Source: Candidatus Marinacidobacterales bacterium (GTDB lineage Bacteria; Acidobacteriota; Vicinamibacteria; Marinacidobacterales; DATDRI01). From it: DNA of 64,000 nucleotides. The translations under genes and the position numbers were made by a program. The notes under the pieces were generated by a model that did not search any database, was not told the origin of the DNA, and saw only the letters and a program-made list of their open reading frames with translations. The DNA is taken from positions 544,001-608,000 of the forward strand of contig CBDCNP010000002.1 in NCBI GenBank assembly GCA_965219415.1. The letters are read 5' to 3'. How positions within the stretch are numbered: the stretch's first letter is position 1; each line of letters begins with the position of its first letter. Below, piece after piece: positions 30,299 to 40,537 of this stretch.

Positions 30299-31294
30299 AT
30301 GGTCGCCAATCTAGACAGGCAAATAGAGGTATTTAGGGAGCAGTTTCGTGTCGTCCGGAACGAGATCTCGCGCATCATCGTGGGACACGAGGAGATCGTC
30401 GAGGCCGTCATCACTAGCCTGCTCTCCAACGGACACGTTCTCTTAGAGGGCATTCCGGGGCTCGGAAAGACCAAGCTCGTTCAAACACTCGCCGACGTGC
30501 TCCATCTCGAGTTCTCGCGAATCCAGTTCACGCCGGATCTGATGCCCGGCGACATCATCGGCACCAACGTCGTGCACGAAAACGAAGAGGGGCACAAGTT
30601 CTTGGACTTCCAGCCCGGCCCGGTGTTCGCGAACATCATCCTCGCAGACGAGATCAACCGTGCCACCCCCAAAACGCAGTCGGCTTTGCTGGAAGCCATG
30701 CAGGAGAAAACCGTCACCGTTGGCAAGGTGACTCATCACCTAGAGAAACCCTTCTTCGTCTTAGCCACCCAAAACCCGCTGGAGATGGAAGGCACTTACC
30801 CGCTTCCCGAAGCGCAACTCGATCGGTTCCTCTTCAAGCTCAAGATCGGCTTTCCGGATCTTGAGAGCCTTCACGAAATCCTCGACCGCACGACTCGAGT
30901 CGACGAGCCGACCGTGGATCGGGTCCTCGATCAGGGACAGATCTTGGAGATGCGGAAGACGGCTCGCTCGGTTCCCATCGCCAAGCCGGTTCAGGAGTAC
31001 GCGATCAAGCTCACGCTGGCGACGCATCCGGAATCATCAGAGGCCCACGAGATCACCAAGCGATACGTTCGCTTTGGGGCCAGCCCTCGCGGAACACAAG
31101 CGCTGGTTATCGGGGGCAAGGTTCATGCGCTCCTCAACGATCGGGTACATGTCTCCTGTGAAGACGTTCGCGCCGTCGCGCTGGCATCGTTGCGTCACCG
31201 GGTGCTCTTGAACTTCGAGGGAGAAGCAGAACGGATCGACCCCGACACCATCCTCGAGGCGATCCTGGAAACGGTCCCCGAGCCGTCGGAGTAA
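30299..31294 (+). CDS. moxR: MoxR family AAA+ ATPase
   Basis: GHVLLEGIPGLGKT, RIQFTPDLMPGD, LADEINRATPKTQSALLEAMQE, ATQNPLEMEGTYPLPEAQLDRF. Confidence 0.95.
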   Translation: MVANLDRQIEVFREQFRVVRNEISRIIVGHEEIVEAVITSLLSNGHVLLEGIPGLGKTKLVQTLADVLHLEFSRIQFTPDLMPGDIIGTNVVHENEEGHKFLDFQPGPVFANIILADEINRATPKTQSALLEAMQEKTVTVGKVTHHLEKPFFVLATQNPLEMEGTYPLPEAQLDRFLFKLKIGFPDLESLHEILDRTTRVDEPTVDRVLDQGQILEMRKTARSVPIAKPVQEYAIKLTLATHPESSEAHEITKRYVRFGASPRGTQALVIGGKVHALLNDRVHVSCEDVRAVALASLRHRVLLNFEGEAERIDPDTILEAILETVPEPSE

Positions 31295-31305
31295 ATCCCC
31301 ACTTA

Positions 31306-32202
31306 ATGTCAGTCCAAGAAAAGCCGAGCACCCTTTTCGACGAAGACTTCCTTCGCAAGCTCGAGTATCTGAACATCGTTTCCAACCGGCTCATTCCCGG
31401 TCACCTCAAGGGCCAGCATCGAGCACGGAAGAAGGGCTCCGGCCTGGAGTTCGCCGATTATCGCCCGTACGTTGCGGGTGATGACACACGCAACGTCGAC
31501 TGGAGGACCTACCTCCGCTTAGACAAGCTGTTGTTACGAATGTTCGACGAGGAAGCGGACCTCCCCATCTACATATTCTTCGACGCCAGCCGATCGATGA
31601 ACTATGGAACGCCGCCGAAGTTCGACTACGCCCGCAAGGTTGCGGCAGCGCTCTGTTACATCGGTCTGCTGAACCTCGATCGCGTCAGCCTCATCGCCTT
31701 CGCCGACGGCAAAGCGGCAGAAATGTCTTCGCGGCGTGGCAAGAACCAGATCCACCACGCCTTTCGGTTCCTCGAAGGCGTGGACTTGCAAGACGCGACT
31801 CACATGCAGCCGGCGTTCAAGAGTTTCTTCAGCGCCAAGAGGCGGCGAGGGCTGGTGGTGGTCATTTCTGATTTCCTGGATCCGGACGGCGTCGAACAGG
31901 CTTTCAATTGGCTGCGATACCTCCGACAGGATGTCTTCACCTTGCACATTGTCAGTGCCGAGGAAAAACGACCCGAGCTCCCGGCGGAGGTTCTCCTGGT
32001 CGATTCCGAAGATGGGACCACCCAGCGGATTCGAACGACGCCCGGGCTTATGGCGGCCTACGAAGAGAAGTTTCAGGAGCACGCGCAGGAGATCGAGTCC
32101 TATTGCTGGAAGTACGGCTGGGGGTACGTCCGGACCACGACCGAAACACCCTTCGAAGATCTCATCCTCCAGGTCTTCCGCCAAGACCGGTTCCTGAGAT
32201 GA
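31306..32202 (+). CDS. DUF58 domain protein
   Basis: GSGLEFADYRPYVAGDDTRNVDW, DASRSM, VVISDFL. Confidence 0.93.
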   Translation: MSVQEKPSTLFDEDFLRKLEYLNIVSNRLIPGHLKGQHRARKKGSGLEFADYRPYVAGDDTRNVDWRTYLRLDKLLLRMFDEEADLPIYIFFDASRSMNYGTPPKFDYARKVAAALCYIGLLNLDRVSLIAFADGKAAEMSSRRGKNQIHHAFRFLEGVDLQDATHMQPAFKSFFSAKRRRGLVVVISDFLDPDGVEQAFNWLRYLRQDVFTLHIVSAEEKRPELPAEVLLVDSEDGTTQRIRTTPGLMAAYEEKFQEHAQEIESYCWKYGWGYVRTTTETPFEDLILQVFRQDRFLR

Positions 32203-33956
32203 GGTTCCTTGCTCTCCCGTACTGGCAAGCCCTCTTGCTGGTTGGTCTGACCGCCGCTGCCATCGCTGTTCTCTATTGGCTGAAGCCACCGCCGCGACGC
32301 CTGCTGGTGCCGTCCAACTTGTTGTGGCGGATGGTGCTCAAGGAACGAAAGTCGAGCTACGACCAGTTGCGCTGGCTGATCTCGTTACTTCTCGCGCTCG
32401 CGATAGGCGCCGCCATGGCGCTAGCGGTTGGGCGTCCGGAAAACGATGGGACTCCGGTTCGAAACGTGAGGTTGATTCTAGATAACGGCCCCTCCATGGC
32501 GACCCGCTCCTCGGATGGGCGCTCGCGTTGGGACCTTGCGATTGAGGCCACGGAGGGGATCCTTTCCGGGGGAAGCGAGGGTAGTCGGTTCCTCATCGTG
32601 GACACGATGGGGCAGGCTACGTCCACCACCTGGGGCGACCGCCGACAAGCCAGAAAATCGCTCAGGGCGCTCTCGGTATCGCTGACCGGAGTCCCGGAGC
32701 TGCCGCGACTCGATGCGAGCGACGCAGAAACGTATATCGTCTCCGACGGAGTGTCCCTCGAAGTTCCAGAGGGCTTGCCAGAGGGAACGCAGGCGATATC
32801 GGCTTTCGAGCCGGCCGAGAACGTCGGCATCACCGCGTTCGAGATCCGCCCCGAACCGGCCGACCCTTTCCATTACCGGGCTTATCTCGAGGTTGGGAAT
32901 TTCTCGACCCAATCGAAGCCGATCGACATTCAGATCGGAGGAGCCGGCCCGCATCGACGCGGCAGAAACATTACGTTGGACCCCGGCGAGGTTTTCTCGG
33001 AAGGCTTCGATCTTGCCGAGTTCCAAGGAGGAGCACTGCGGGCTACCGTGACGACACCCGGGGACGGATTCGAGCCCGACAACTTCGCCTTTTCCTACCT
33101 GCCCCCACATCGAAAGATGCGCGTTCTTCTGGTGAGTCGCGGGAATCAGTACCTCGAGACGGCGCTCCCCGCCGATCTCGGAGTCGACTTTTCGATGTTG
33201 ACTCCGGAACGGTTTGAAGAGCAGCGAGAACATAATCGTGCCGATGTCTTTATCTTCGATCGCTTTGAGCCCGATCCTCTGCCTGGTAGCCCCACCATCC
33301 TTTTTGGACCGCCCGGATCTGAAGTCATCGAAGGCCCGTACGTCGCGGGGCGCGCCACCGGCCATCCCGTCCTGCAATTCGTCGCCCTCGAGGACTTCTT
33401 CGTGGATCGCGCGAGGCGCGTGGACCCATCAGACGCTGAGATCGTTCTCGGAACCGAAGAAACTCCGTTGATCTTGGCTGTCGAGGAACCTACCCGGCGG
33501 CTCGCGGTGACATTCGACTTGGCCGACTCCAACTTCCCGCTCCAATCCGGCTTCCCGGTCTTCCTTTCGAACGCGCTGGCCTGGGCCACCGGCGAACCGT
33601 TGGCACTTGCGCATTCACTCGGCACGGTCGAAATTCCACTTCCCCATCCGACCATCACCGACCTCGAGGGTACGGAAATCCCTTGCCACCCTTTGATGGG
33701 TAAGTCCGTCTTCGAAGCGAGCGAGCCGGGCCTCTACACCGCGGTTCAGGGGAACCGGCGAGTGCGCGTGGCCGTCAACGTCACCGACCGACGGATTTCC
33801 GAAGTGAATCGCTCCACGCTTCCTCGGCAGGACGCTCGCCCAAGAAGTAAAGTGGCGGCCGGAGGAAGCGGAGAGCTATGGGTGTTCCTACTCGGCGCGG
33901 CGATTCTTCTACTTGTGCTCGAATGGTGGACCTACCACCGCCGCATCACAATCTAA
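32199..33956 (+). CDS. BatA N-terminal plus VWA-like membrane protein
   Basis: MRFLAL...LYWLK...VPSNLLW, LILDNGPSM, NVGITAF, FPVFLSNAL, C-terminal LWVFLL...LLVLEW. Confidence 0.85.
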   Translation: MRFLALPYWQALLLVGLTAAAIAVLYWLKPPPRRLLVPSNLLWRMVLKERKSSYDQLRWLISLLLALAIGAAMALAVGRPENDGTPVRNVRLILDNGPSMATRSSDGRSRWDLAIEATEGILSGGSEGSRFLIVDTMGQATSTTWGDRRQARKSLRALSVSLTGVPELPRLDASDAETYIVSDGVSLEVPEGLPEGTQAISAFEPAENVGITAFEIRPEPADPFHYRAYLEVGNFSTQSKPIDIQIGGAGPHRRGRNITLDPGEVFSEGFDLAEFQGGALRATVTTPGDGFEPDNFAFSYLPPHRKMRVLLVSRGNQYLETALPADLGVDFSMLTPERFEEQREHNRADVFIFDRFEPDPLPGSPTILFGPPGSEVIEGPYVAGRATGHPVLQFVALEDFFVDRARRVDPSDAEIVLGTEETPLILAVEEPTRRLAVTFDLADSNFPLQSGFPVFLSNALAWATGEPLALAHSLGTVEIPLPHPTITDLEGTEIPCHPLMGKSVFEASEPGLYTAVQGNRRVRVAVNVTDRRISEVNRSTLPRQDARPRSKVAAGGSGELWVFLLGAAILLLVLEWWTYHRRITI

Positions 33957-34230
33957 TTCGGGAACCGGTTATGTACTCCGCCCGGACGGAGTGCGCGGCT
34001 CTCCAAAAATAAAAGATCACTGAGAAAAATGGCTTATTTTTTACTTGACAGCTCTGGCGAAGCGATACGAAAAACGTGGCAGGTGTGATGTGGAGTGGGC
34101 CTGTACCTGCGATAAAGAAACGACAGTCACTCTCGTTGGCTTGGCTAGACTTTTCGCAAGTGTCTCGATGCATTCGCGTTCAACACACGCGAACACAGGG
34201 CGTCAAAAACGTCCATGCTATAAGTGGTGC

Positions 34231-35166
34231 ATGAACAAAAGAGATGACTTGAAATCACTTTCCCGACTATCGGATGACGAGCTGCTTGTTCAACTGTCAA
34301 ACGTTTTGAAACAGTCGAGGCGTTCTCGTTGCGCATATCGCCGAAGTCGATGCACGCAGACTGTATGCGCGTGAAGCATCATCATCGATGTTTCAGTATT
34401 GCGTCGACGTGTTGCACTTGTCCGAGGCAGAAGCCTACCTACGGATAGCCGCCGCACGGGCGTCGCGCCGACATCCGACGCTGCTGACGATGCTCGACGA
34501 TGGGCGTCTTCACTTGAGCGGCATCGCGGTGCTGGCGCCACACCTCACCGACACCAATTGCGAGGAGCTTCTGGCTCGAGCACAACCCACAAGTCCAAGC
34601 GTGAGCTCCTGGTGCTGGTGGTGGAGATTGCGCCGAAACCGGACGTCTCGCCCTCCATCCGGAAGCTCCCGAAGCAGCGACAGAAGCCGGCAAGCGAACA
34701 CCGTACGTCAGGCGCCGAAAGTACTCCGTCGGCCCGTCTGGAAAAAGTAGTCCAGCCCCTGAACCTGCCCCCGCCCCGGCTCCCCAAGCGGCTGACAAGC
34801 CGCCGGTCGTCGAGCCGCTGGCGCCTGCGCGCTACCGAGTGCAGTTCACCGCGAGCGCCGAGCTTCACGACAAGCTCCAACGGCTCGCAGCACTCATGCC
34901 GGGTGCCGACCCTCGCTTCCATGATCGAAACATCTGTAACGGAGAAACTCGAACGGCTCGAGGCCAAGCGCCTCGGCAAAGTCAAAAATCCGAGAAAGAG
35001 CCTCGAAGATGCCGACACCACGCCGGGAGTGCGCGGAATTCCCGCTCCGGTGAGGCGTTTCGTGTGGGCGCGCGACCAGGGCCAATGCACGTTTGAGAGC
35101 AGCGGCGGAAGACGATGTCCCGAGCGCCTAGGGCTGCAATTCCATCACGACGAACCGGGTCCGTGA
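34231..35166 (+). pseudogene. DUF222/HNH endonuclease-like gene, multiply frameshifted and truncated in the HNH motif
   Basis: LSDDELL, HIAEVDARRLY, SMFQYC, LSEAEAYLRI, GRLHLS, IPAPVRRFVWARDQGQCTF...RC...LQFHH. Confidence 0.8.
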
Positions 35167-35479
35167 ACCGAAGCCGTCGTTTCCACTCTTTCCGGGCAGA
35201 GTTCAAGAATCGCCGCCCCTCCGTGCCGCCCTGCAACTCGCAACGAAGTTTGGTGCCGCACCCTAAGCCGTTTTCTAGCTCCCGCCAGCCGGAGACCGCC
35301 ACCTGTCTTCTTCTCGAAGGCGATGGATTCAAGCACCTTCGAAGTACGTGGCTTGCTATCGCTATTTACATTCCGCTTGCGGTGATCGTTTACAACGTAG
35401 GGAACTCGCCAATTGCCTTTGTGTCGGCCGCGTTCTACCGGGTGCTTTGTTTTTGTGTTATTCCGTTTCGGCTGGATCA

Positions 35480-37161
35480 ACCGCCGGAAGCTTTCCGTTC
35501 TTGCCCGGCTTGCGATCGCCAGACCAGGCGACGTCGTAGACCATTTCGTGGGTGTCCCCACCGCTGTCCATCCAACCCTTCACGATCTGGATGCGGTCTA
35601 GGTTGCCGCCGATCGGATCCTTGATGGCGTAAACCATGAAGGTCGGCGCTCCGCTACCCGCGCGCGCCGGCAGATCGCCGCCCATGGGTACGCCCTTCGA
35701 ATACCCGGTGAAGGCCGGTGTGCGGCTATCGAGATCCGTCGTCGTGAAGTTCCAGCCGCGAAAAAGCGAACACCCATGCGGCTGCCGGTCGTGGCGTAGG
35801 TTTCCTTACGCTCCATCGCGTCGAAGATCGCCTCGCGGGTGTTCTCGGTCGCCCACACCGCGGCCAAACCGGAGGCGGCCAACTGCCATCCGTCGACTCT
35901 GCCCTTCTCGGACTCAAACATCGGGTGCTCCATGCGATGCGGGCTCGGCTCGTAGCCGGTGTGCTTGCCGAAGAAGTTGTCCTCCTGGGCGGTGGCGAGT
36001 GCGGTGTGGCTGTCGGTCGAGCCGACCTGGCCGAATTTATAGGGGTTCGTCCCTAGGCGCGATTCGATCACGAGGCCACGCTTCAGTGCCTCGCGGGCGT
36101 ATTCTCCGGCGAGCATGGCGTCGGTCTTGGCCTCGGAGAGGTCTAGATTGCCGACATCCCAGGTCTCATAATCCGCGAACTCGTCGTCGGGCGATAAGAA
36201 CGAGTGGGTCTCGCCGTCACCCTTGATCTGGGTCGTCTCGTAGAGCGGCTCCCAACGGTGACGCTGGGTCACGTAGTCCTCGTCGAACGCCCTGCCGTTC
36301 CACTGAGCCTCCAGCGGGAACATGATGCCGTTGGAGAGATTGCCGTTGTGAGCAATGGCGAGGACGTCGCCGCCGGTCTTTTCTTCGAAGTTCGCCAGCC
36401 ACTTCCAGAGGTCGCGCGGGTCGGCACTGCCTAACGGCGGATACGTCGTGTAGGCAACCATCTGCGAGGCTTTCGCGGCATCATCACGATAGATGATGAC
36501 CCGGTGCATGTTGCCGCCTCTGATCAGCGAGGTCCATTCGAAGCCGATGAAGGCGGTGAACTTTCCGGGATCGTTATACTCCTCAGCCGCTGCGATCGTG
36601 TCGTCCCACGCCGACTTGTACAACTTGGTATCGGGTCCATACATCAGGGCTTCTGGGAAATCGCCCTGTGAGAACATACCGATAAGCTCGAGCGCGACGC
36701 CGACGCCCTCGCCCGCCTGAATCCGGTCATACCAGTCCTGCCCCGTGGGATCGGCCAGGATGTTCGGCTTGCCCGCGTACAGATCGGGAAACCCATGTTG
36801 TCGGAATGATCGGCGATGACCAGCCAGTCCAATGGACGGGACAGCTTCACCGGCATGCCGGCTGAAGCGACCACCTCTTCGCCGCGCGCGAATCGATAAG
36901 CATCACGAAGGCCGAGCCTGTTCCCGAATGCGCCTGCGTCCATCGAGAGGGAAGTGTGCAGATGCGAGTCGCCCCAATACGGACGGCTCGCGAACCCTCG
37001 CCCGGCGCAGGGGGAATAACTCTTGCCCGGATAGGCGCTCGACAGTACCTCTTCGGCCTCGGGCGGCGGCCGGCAACTGAGCCGACAGCGGCGCGGCGAC
37101 GGCGGTGAGAGCAACGACTACGGATGAACCTGCTTAGCTTCTTCACGACTTCAACCTCCAT
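35480..37161 (-). pseudogene. DUF3604 family (PHP-like) secreted protein, frameshifted and 3' truncated
   Basis: [75 protein letters not shown]. Confidence 0.88.
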
Positions 37162-37227
37162 GGGGGAAGAACTGCATAGAATGAACTTGCTTGGAGATCT
37201 CGTTCTGGACGAGATTCGTGGCAGAAC

Positions 37228-38334
37228 CTACTCCATTTTCCAAAAGTCGATACCCGAAGCCTGCTTGCCGACGTCGATGGACGCGCGAACCTCGAAGGTC
37301 TGAAGATCGATGACGTCCACCGTCCCCGGATCGTCACTGACTCCTTCGATGGAGACGAAGGCGAAGCGGTTGTCGGGGCTCACCGTCACGCCGTGAGTGA
37401 TCCGGCGGCTGGCAGGAACGCTGGCTAGCTCCTTCCCGGTCTCGAGATCCCAGACCGCGGTGGAGTTGTTCGGCTTGCAGGTCGCGAGGACCATCTTGCC
37501 GTCGGGGGTAACCGCCAAGTTGTAAGGCCCCTTCTGGGTGTGAAAGCGCCGCGTGATCTTCCAATCGGCCAAACTGACCTCGGCGATCTGGTTGGCGCCT
37601 TGAAGCGCGACATAGATGAAAGGCTTCGTCGGATGAGGCTGCACCCAAGTCGGCTTCACGACCGCCATCTGGTGACCCTCGCCATGGTGAACGGGAGCTG
37701 CGGTGTCGTCCTTGGTGAGGTGAAGCTTCCGGCCCACTTTGAGCTGCATCACATCGATCTCGTAAAGCGTATCGTCCATCATGCCCACCGAGTAGTGAAC
37801 CCTTCCGTCCGGGCTGGCTCTGGAGCCATGGGGCATCATGCCTTGTTCGATCTGCGCGATCTCGGTCATGGAGGCGGTGTCGATGACTGAGACGGTGCTG
37901 GGCTCCATGTCTCCGTGGAGATTGAAATTGACGACGAACATCAAGCCTGTGGTTCGGCTGATGTCCATGGTGGCGGGAAACAATCCCGCCTGGACGTCGC
38001 TGACGGAAACGTCGTCCCCCGTCTCGTACTTGAAGACCGATCCGTACGGTAGTCCATGCGCGATGGATACGTACCAATACCGACCGCTGGGTGATACGCG
38101 AATCCCGTGTGGCCCTTCGGTCTCGGTGGGAAAGACACCGACCTCGATGGTCTTGACGACTTCTCCACCTTCGGGACCGAACTTCACCAAGTGGACAGTG
38201 TCTTCGGACTCCGCCGCAACATAAACGTAGTAGTTTTTGTCAACCGGGTCGCCCGCGGCGCGGCGCGGAGCTCCGGTGATCGAAGCGGCTGCGAGGAGAG
38301 CCGCGGAGACGGCGACGAGTCCTCCGTGTCTCAT
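37228..38334 (-). CDS. Secreted YVTN/YncE-type beta-propeller protein, paralog 2
   Basis: Colinear with 25196..26341 (YVAAESED, EGPHGI, NFNLHGDMEPS, VGKQASGI); ATGA overlap with the upstream gene. Confidence 0.88.
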   Translation of the reverse strand: MRHGGLVAVSAALLAAASITGAPRRAAGDPVDKNYYVYVAAESEDTVHLVKFGPEGGEVVKTIEVGVFPTETEGPHGIRVSPSGRYWYVSIAHGLPYGSVFKYETGDDVSVSDVQAGLFPATMDISRTTGLMFVVNFNLHGDMEPSTVSVIDTASMTEIAQIEQGMMPHGSRASPDGRVHYSVGMMDDTLYEIDVMQLKVGRKLHLTKDDTAAPVHHGEGHQMAVVKPTWVQPHPTKPFIYVALQGANQIAEVSLADWKITRRFHTQKGPYNLAVTPDGKMVLATCKPNNSTAVWDLETGKELASVPASRRITHGVTVSPDNRFAFVSIEGVSDDPGTVDVIDLQTFEVRASIDVGKQASGIDFWKME

Positions 38335-40400
38335 GGGCTCGCGGGGTCCTTTTCATCATCGGGGGATACCAAGCGAACCGCCCAAAGCCCGCTGTGGAAG
38401 TCGGAGAAGACGATGGTGCCCTTGTGGGGTTGCGGTCCCCAGGCCATGGGTGAGTTCGGTACGTACGCCTCGGGATCGTCGGAATAAAAACGCCCCATCT
38501 CCCGACCCTGGGCGTATAGATCGCCCAGCAGCTCGCCTGAGACATCGAGCACGCGCAAGCCTCCCTGGTAGTAAGCCACGTACAGGACCTCCTGATCCCA
38601 ATCGATCCAGTAGTTGTGTACGCCGTAGTCCCCCACTTTGTAGTTAGCGACTTCCTTGGGATTGTCGAAATCGTCGAACTCGACGACATGGATCCAACCT
38701 CCCATTCGGGTAGGCAGTTTCGTTCCCGAGTTGAACGGCTCGTCTTCCGGAATCCGAGGATTCGGAAACGAGGTTTCGTCGCCGCCAAAAACGTAGAATT
38801 TTCCGGCCGACTTGCTCTTGAGCGGCCACACCGCGTGGTTCCAGCGGGTGATCTGATCGGCGCGGCCCATCTCGACCGGGCGAGCCGGTGAGCCACCTTT
38901 CCCTCCCCCGCCGACATCGACGAGGAGCAAGCCGTCCGTCCTTCCAGCTTGATAAGCGACGCCGTCGCGTACCCAAACATCGTGCACCGAGCGGCCAGGA
39001 CTGCTGGTCTCGAAGCGGCCAACGCGCGTGGGTTTGGTCGGATCTTCGATGTTGATGACGTCCCAGCGCCGGCCATTGTTCACCGCATAGACGTGGTTGT
39101 CGTAAACGAAAACGTTGTGCACCCCACCGGTGAGCTGATCGTCGAACGTGGAGAGTATCTTGACGTCTCGCGGGTTGCTCACATCGAGAATGACGATCCC
39201 GTTCCGACGATTCGACGCCCCCTCGCGGCTGATGACACAGATGCGACCGTCTTCAGAAACCTTGACGTCGTTGACCGTACGGGCGTCCACCTGCACGGTG
39301 TCGATAAGCTCCATGTTGGCCGGATCCGTCACGTCGTAGAAGTACGCGTTGCCTGGTCCGTTCCAGCTTCCGATGACCGCGTAGTCACGACCGTCCGCAC
39401 CCTCCCAGATCCATAGGTCCGACGTCCGGTGATCTGGAACTCGTGCTTCACCCACGAACTCGAATTTACGTGCCACGTCGCGCTGGGTGATTCGCACGCT
39501 TTCCCGGGCCACCGCCTCGCCCGACATCGCGACAACGGTATAAATGCCTTGCTGCTCCGCCACGAAGCGACCATCGTCGAGTATCATCGCCGCGGCTCCG
39601 GCGCCCAAAGACTCCGGGTGTGCCGGGTCGGGGCGATTTCGAAGAGAGAACGCAACCGGCACACTGTTTACGACCTTGCCCTGCGCGTCCTTGGCCACCG
39701 CCTGGAAACGGATCACGTCCCCGGTGCGGGCCTCCCGTTGAGAAGCGGTGAGCTCGATCGAGTGAACTGGGTTTGGTTCCACCTCGAACGTCAACGTCGC
39801 GCTGACGTTGTCCGCGGTGGCGGTCACGGTCGCCGTCCCAGGCACAAGCCCGGTCAGGTTTCCGAAGCCATCGGTTTCGGCAATCGCGGTGTCGCTGACT
39901 CCAAGCGTCGGAGCGATGTCGTGCCGTTCCCCCCCGCTCTCATCGACCCCGCTGACGCGAACCGGTATCGTTGTGCCCGCATACACCGTGGACGGGACGT
40001 CTACGATCTCGAGACTGATAAGCGGAGGCACCGGCACGGTGACCTCGAGCTTTCCCCGTATACCCGGATCGAGAAACCCGGTGTAGCTGTCGGGCTCGCC
40101 CTCGATGCGTTCCTCGGGCGACAGCGCGGTCACTGCGTGCTCCCCCGGCCGAATGGCCTTGGCGAGGCCGCCCGGGGTCACCTCGAGATAAATTCGGCTT
40201 CCGAAAAAAAGAACCTGGGCGTCGGGTAGGACGTTACCATCCGCGTCCTTGACCACTGCCTTGAGCTGCGCCGTCTCGCCCACCTTGAGCGTCAAAGTCG
40301 AAGGCTCTATCTCTACCGTCGCGGGTGCCTGCGCCAAGAGGGCAGCCGGGGTTAAGATAGCCAAGGCGACCAACAAGAGAGCCGTGGCGAATTCCTTCAT
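38331..40400 (-). CDS. Secreted Ig-like plus LVIVD-repeat beta-propeller protein, paralog 2
   Basis: Colinear with 26347..28419 (TSDLWIWEG, VDARTVNDVKVSEDG, SREGASNR, GGVHNVF). Confidence 0.88.
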   Translation of the reverse strand: MKEFATALLLVALAILTPAALLAQAPATVEIEPSTLTLKVGETAQLKAVVKDADGNVLPDAQVLFFGSRIYLEVTPGGLAKAIRPGEHAVTALSPEERIEGEPDSYTGFLDPGIRGKLEVTVPVPPLISLEIVDVPSTVYAGTTIPVRVSGVDESGGERHDIAPTLGVSDTAIAETDGFGNLTGLVPGTATVTATADNVSATLTFEVEPNPVHSIELTASQREARTGDVIRFQAVAKDAQGKVVNSVPVAFSLRNRPDPAHPESLGAGAAAMILDDGRFVAEQQGIYTVVAMSGEAVARESVRITQRDVARKFEFVGEARVPDHRTSDLWIWEGADGRDYAVIGSWNGPGNAYFYDVTDPANMELIDTVQVDARTVNDVKVSEDGRICVISREGASNRRNGIVILDVSNPRDVKILSTFDDQLTGGVHNVFVYDNHVYAVNNGRRWDVINIEDPTKPTRVGRFETSSPGRSVHDVWVRDGVAYQAGRTDGLLLVDVGGGGKGGSPARPVEMGRADQITRWNHAVWPLKSKSAGKFYVFGGDETSFPNPRIPEDEPFNSGTKLPTRMGGWIHVVEFDDFDNPKEVANYKVGDYGVHNYWIDWDQEVLYVAYYQGGLRVLDVSGELLGDLYAQGREMGRFYSDDPEAYVPNSPMAWGPQPHKGTIVFSDFHSGLWAVRLVSPDDEKDPASP

Positions 40401-40495
40401 GTTCTTCCTCCAATTTTTTGGGTCGACCGGACCGTACCTTACACCCTTGGGCGGGTCATGAAAAGCCTGACAAACCCAGACGATGACCGACGGCG

Positions 40496-40520
40496 CGATA
40501 GGATAGGATAGGATAGGATG
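40496..40520. repeat. Pentanucleotide microsatellite (GATAG)x~5
   Basis: CGATAGGATAGGATAGGATAGGATG in the short divergent intergenic region. Confidence 0.8.
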
Positions 40521-40537
40521 AGACGACGACGACCAAC

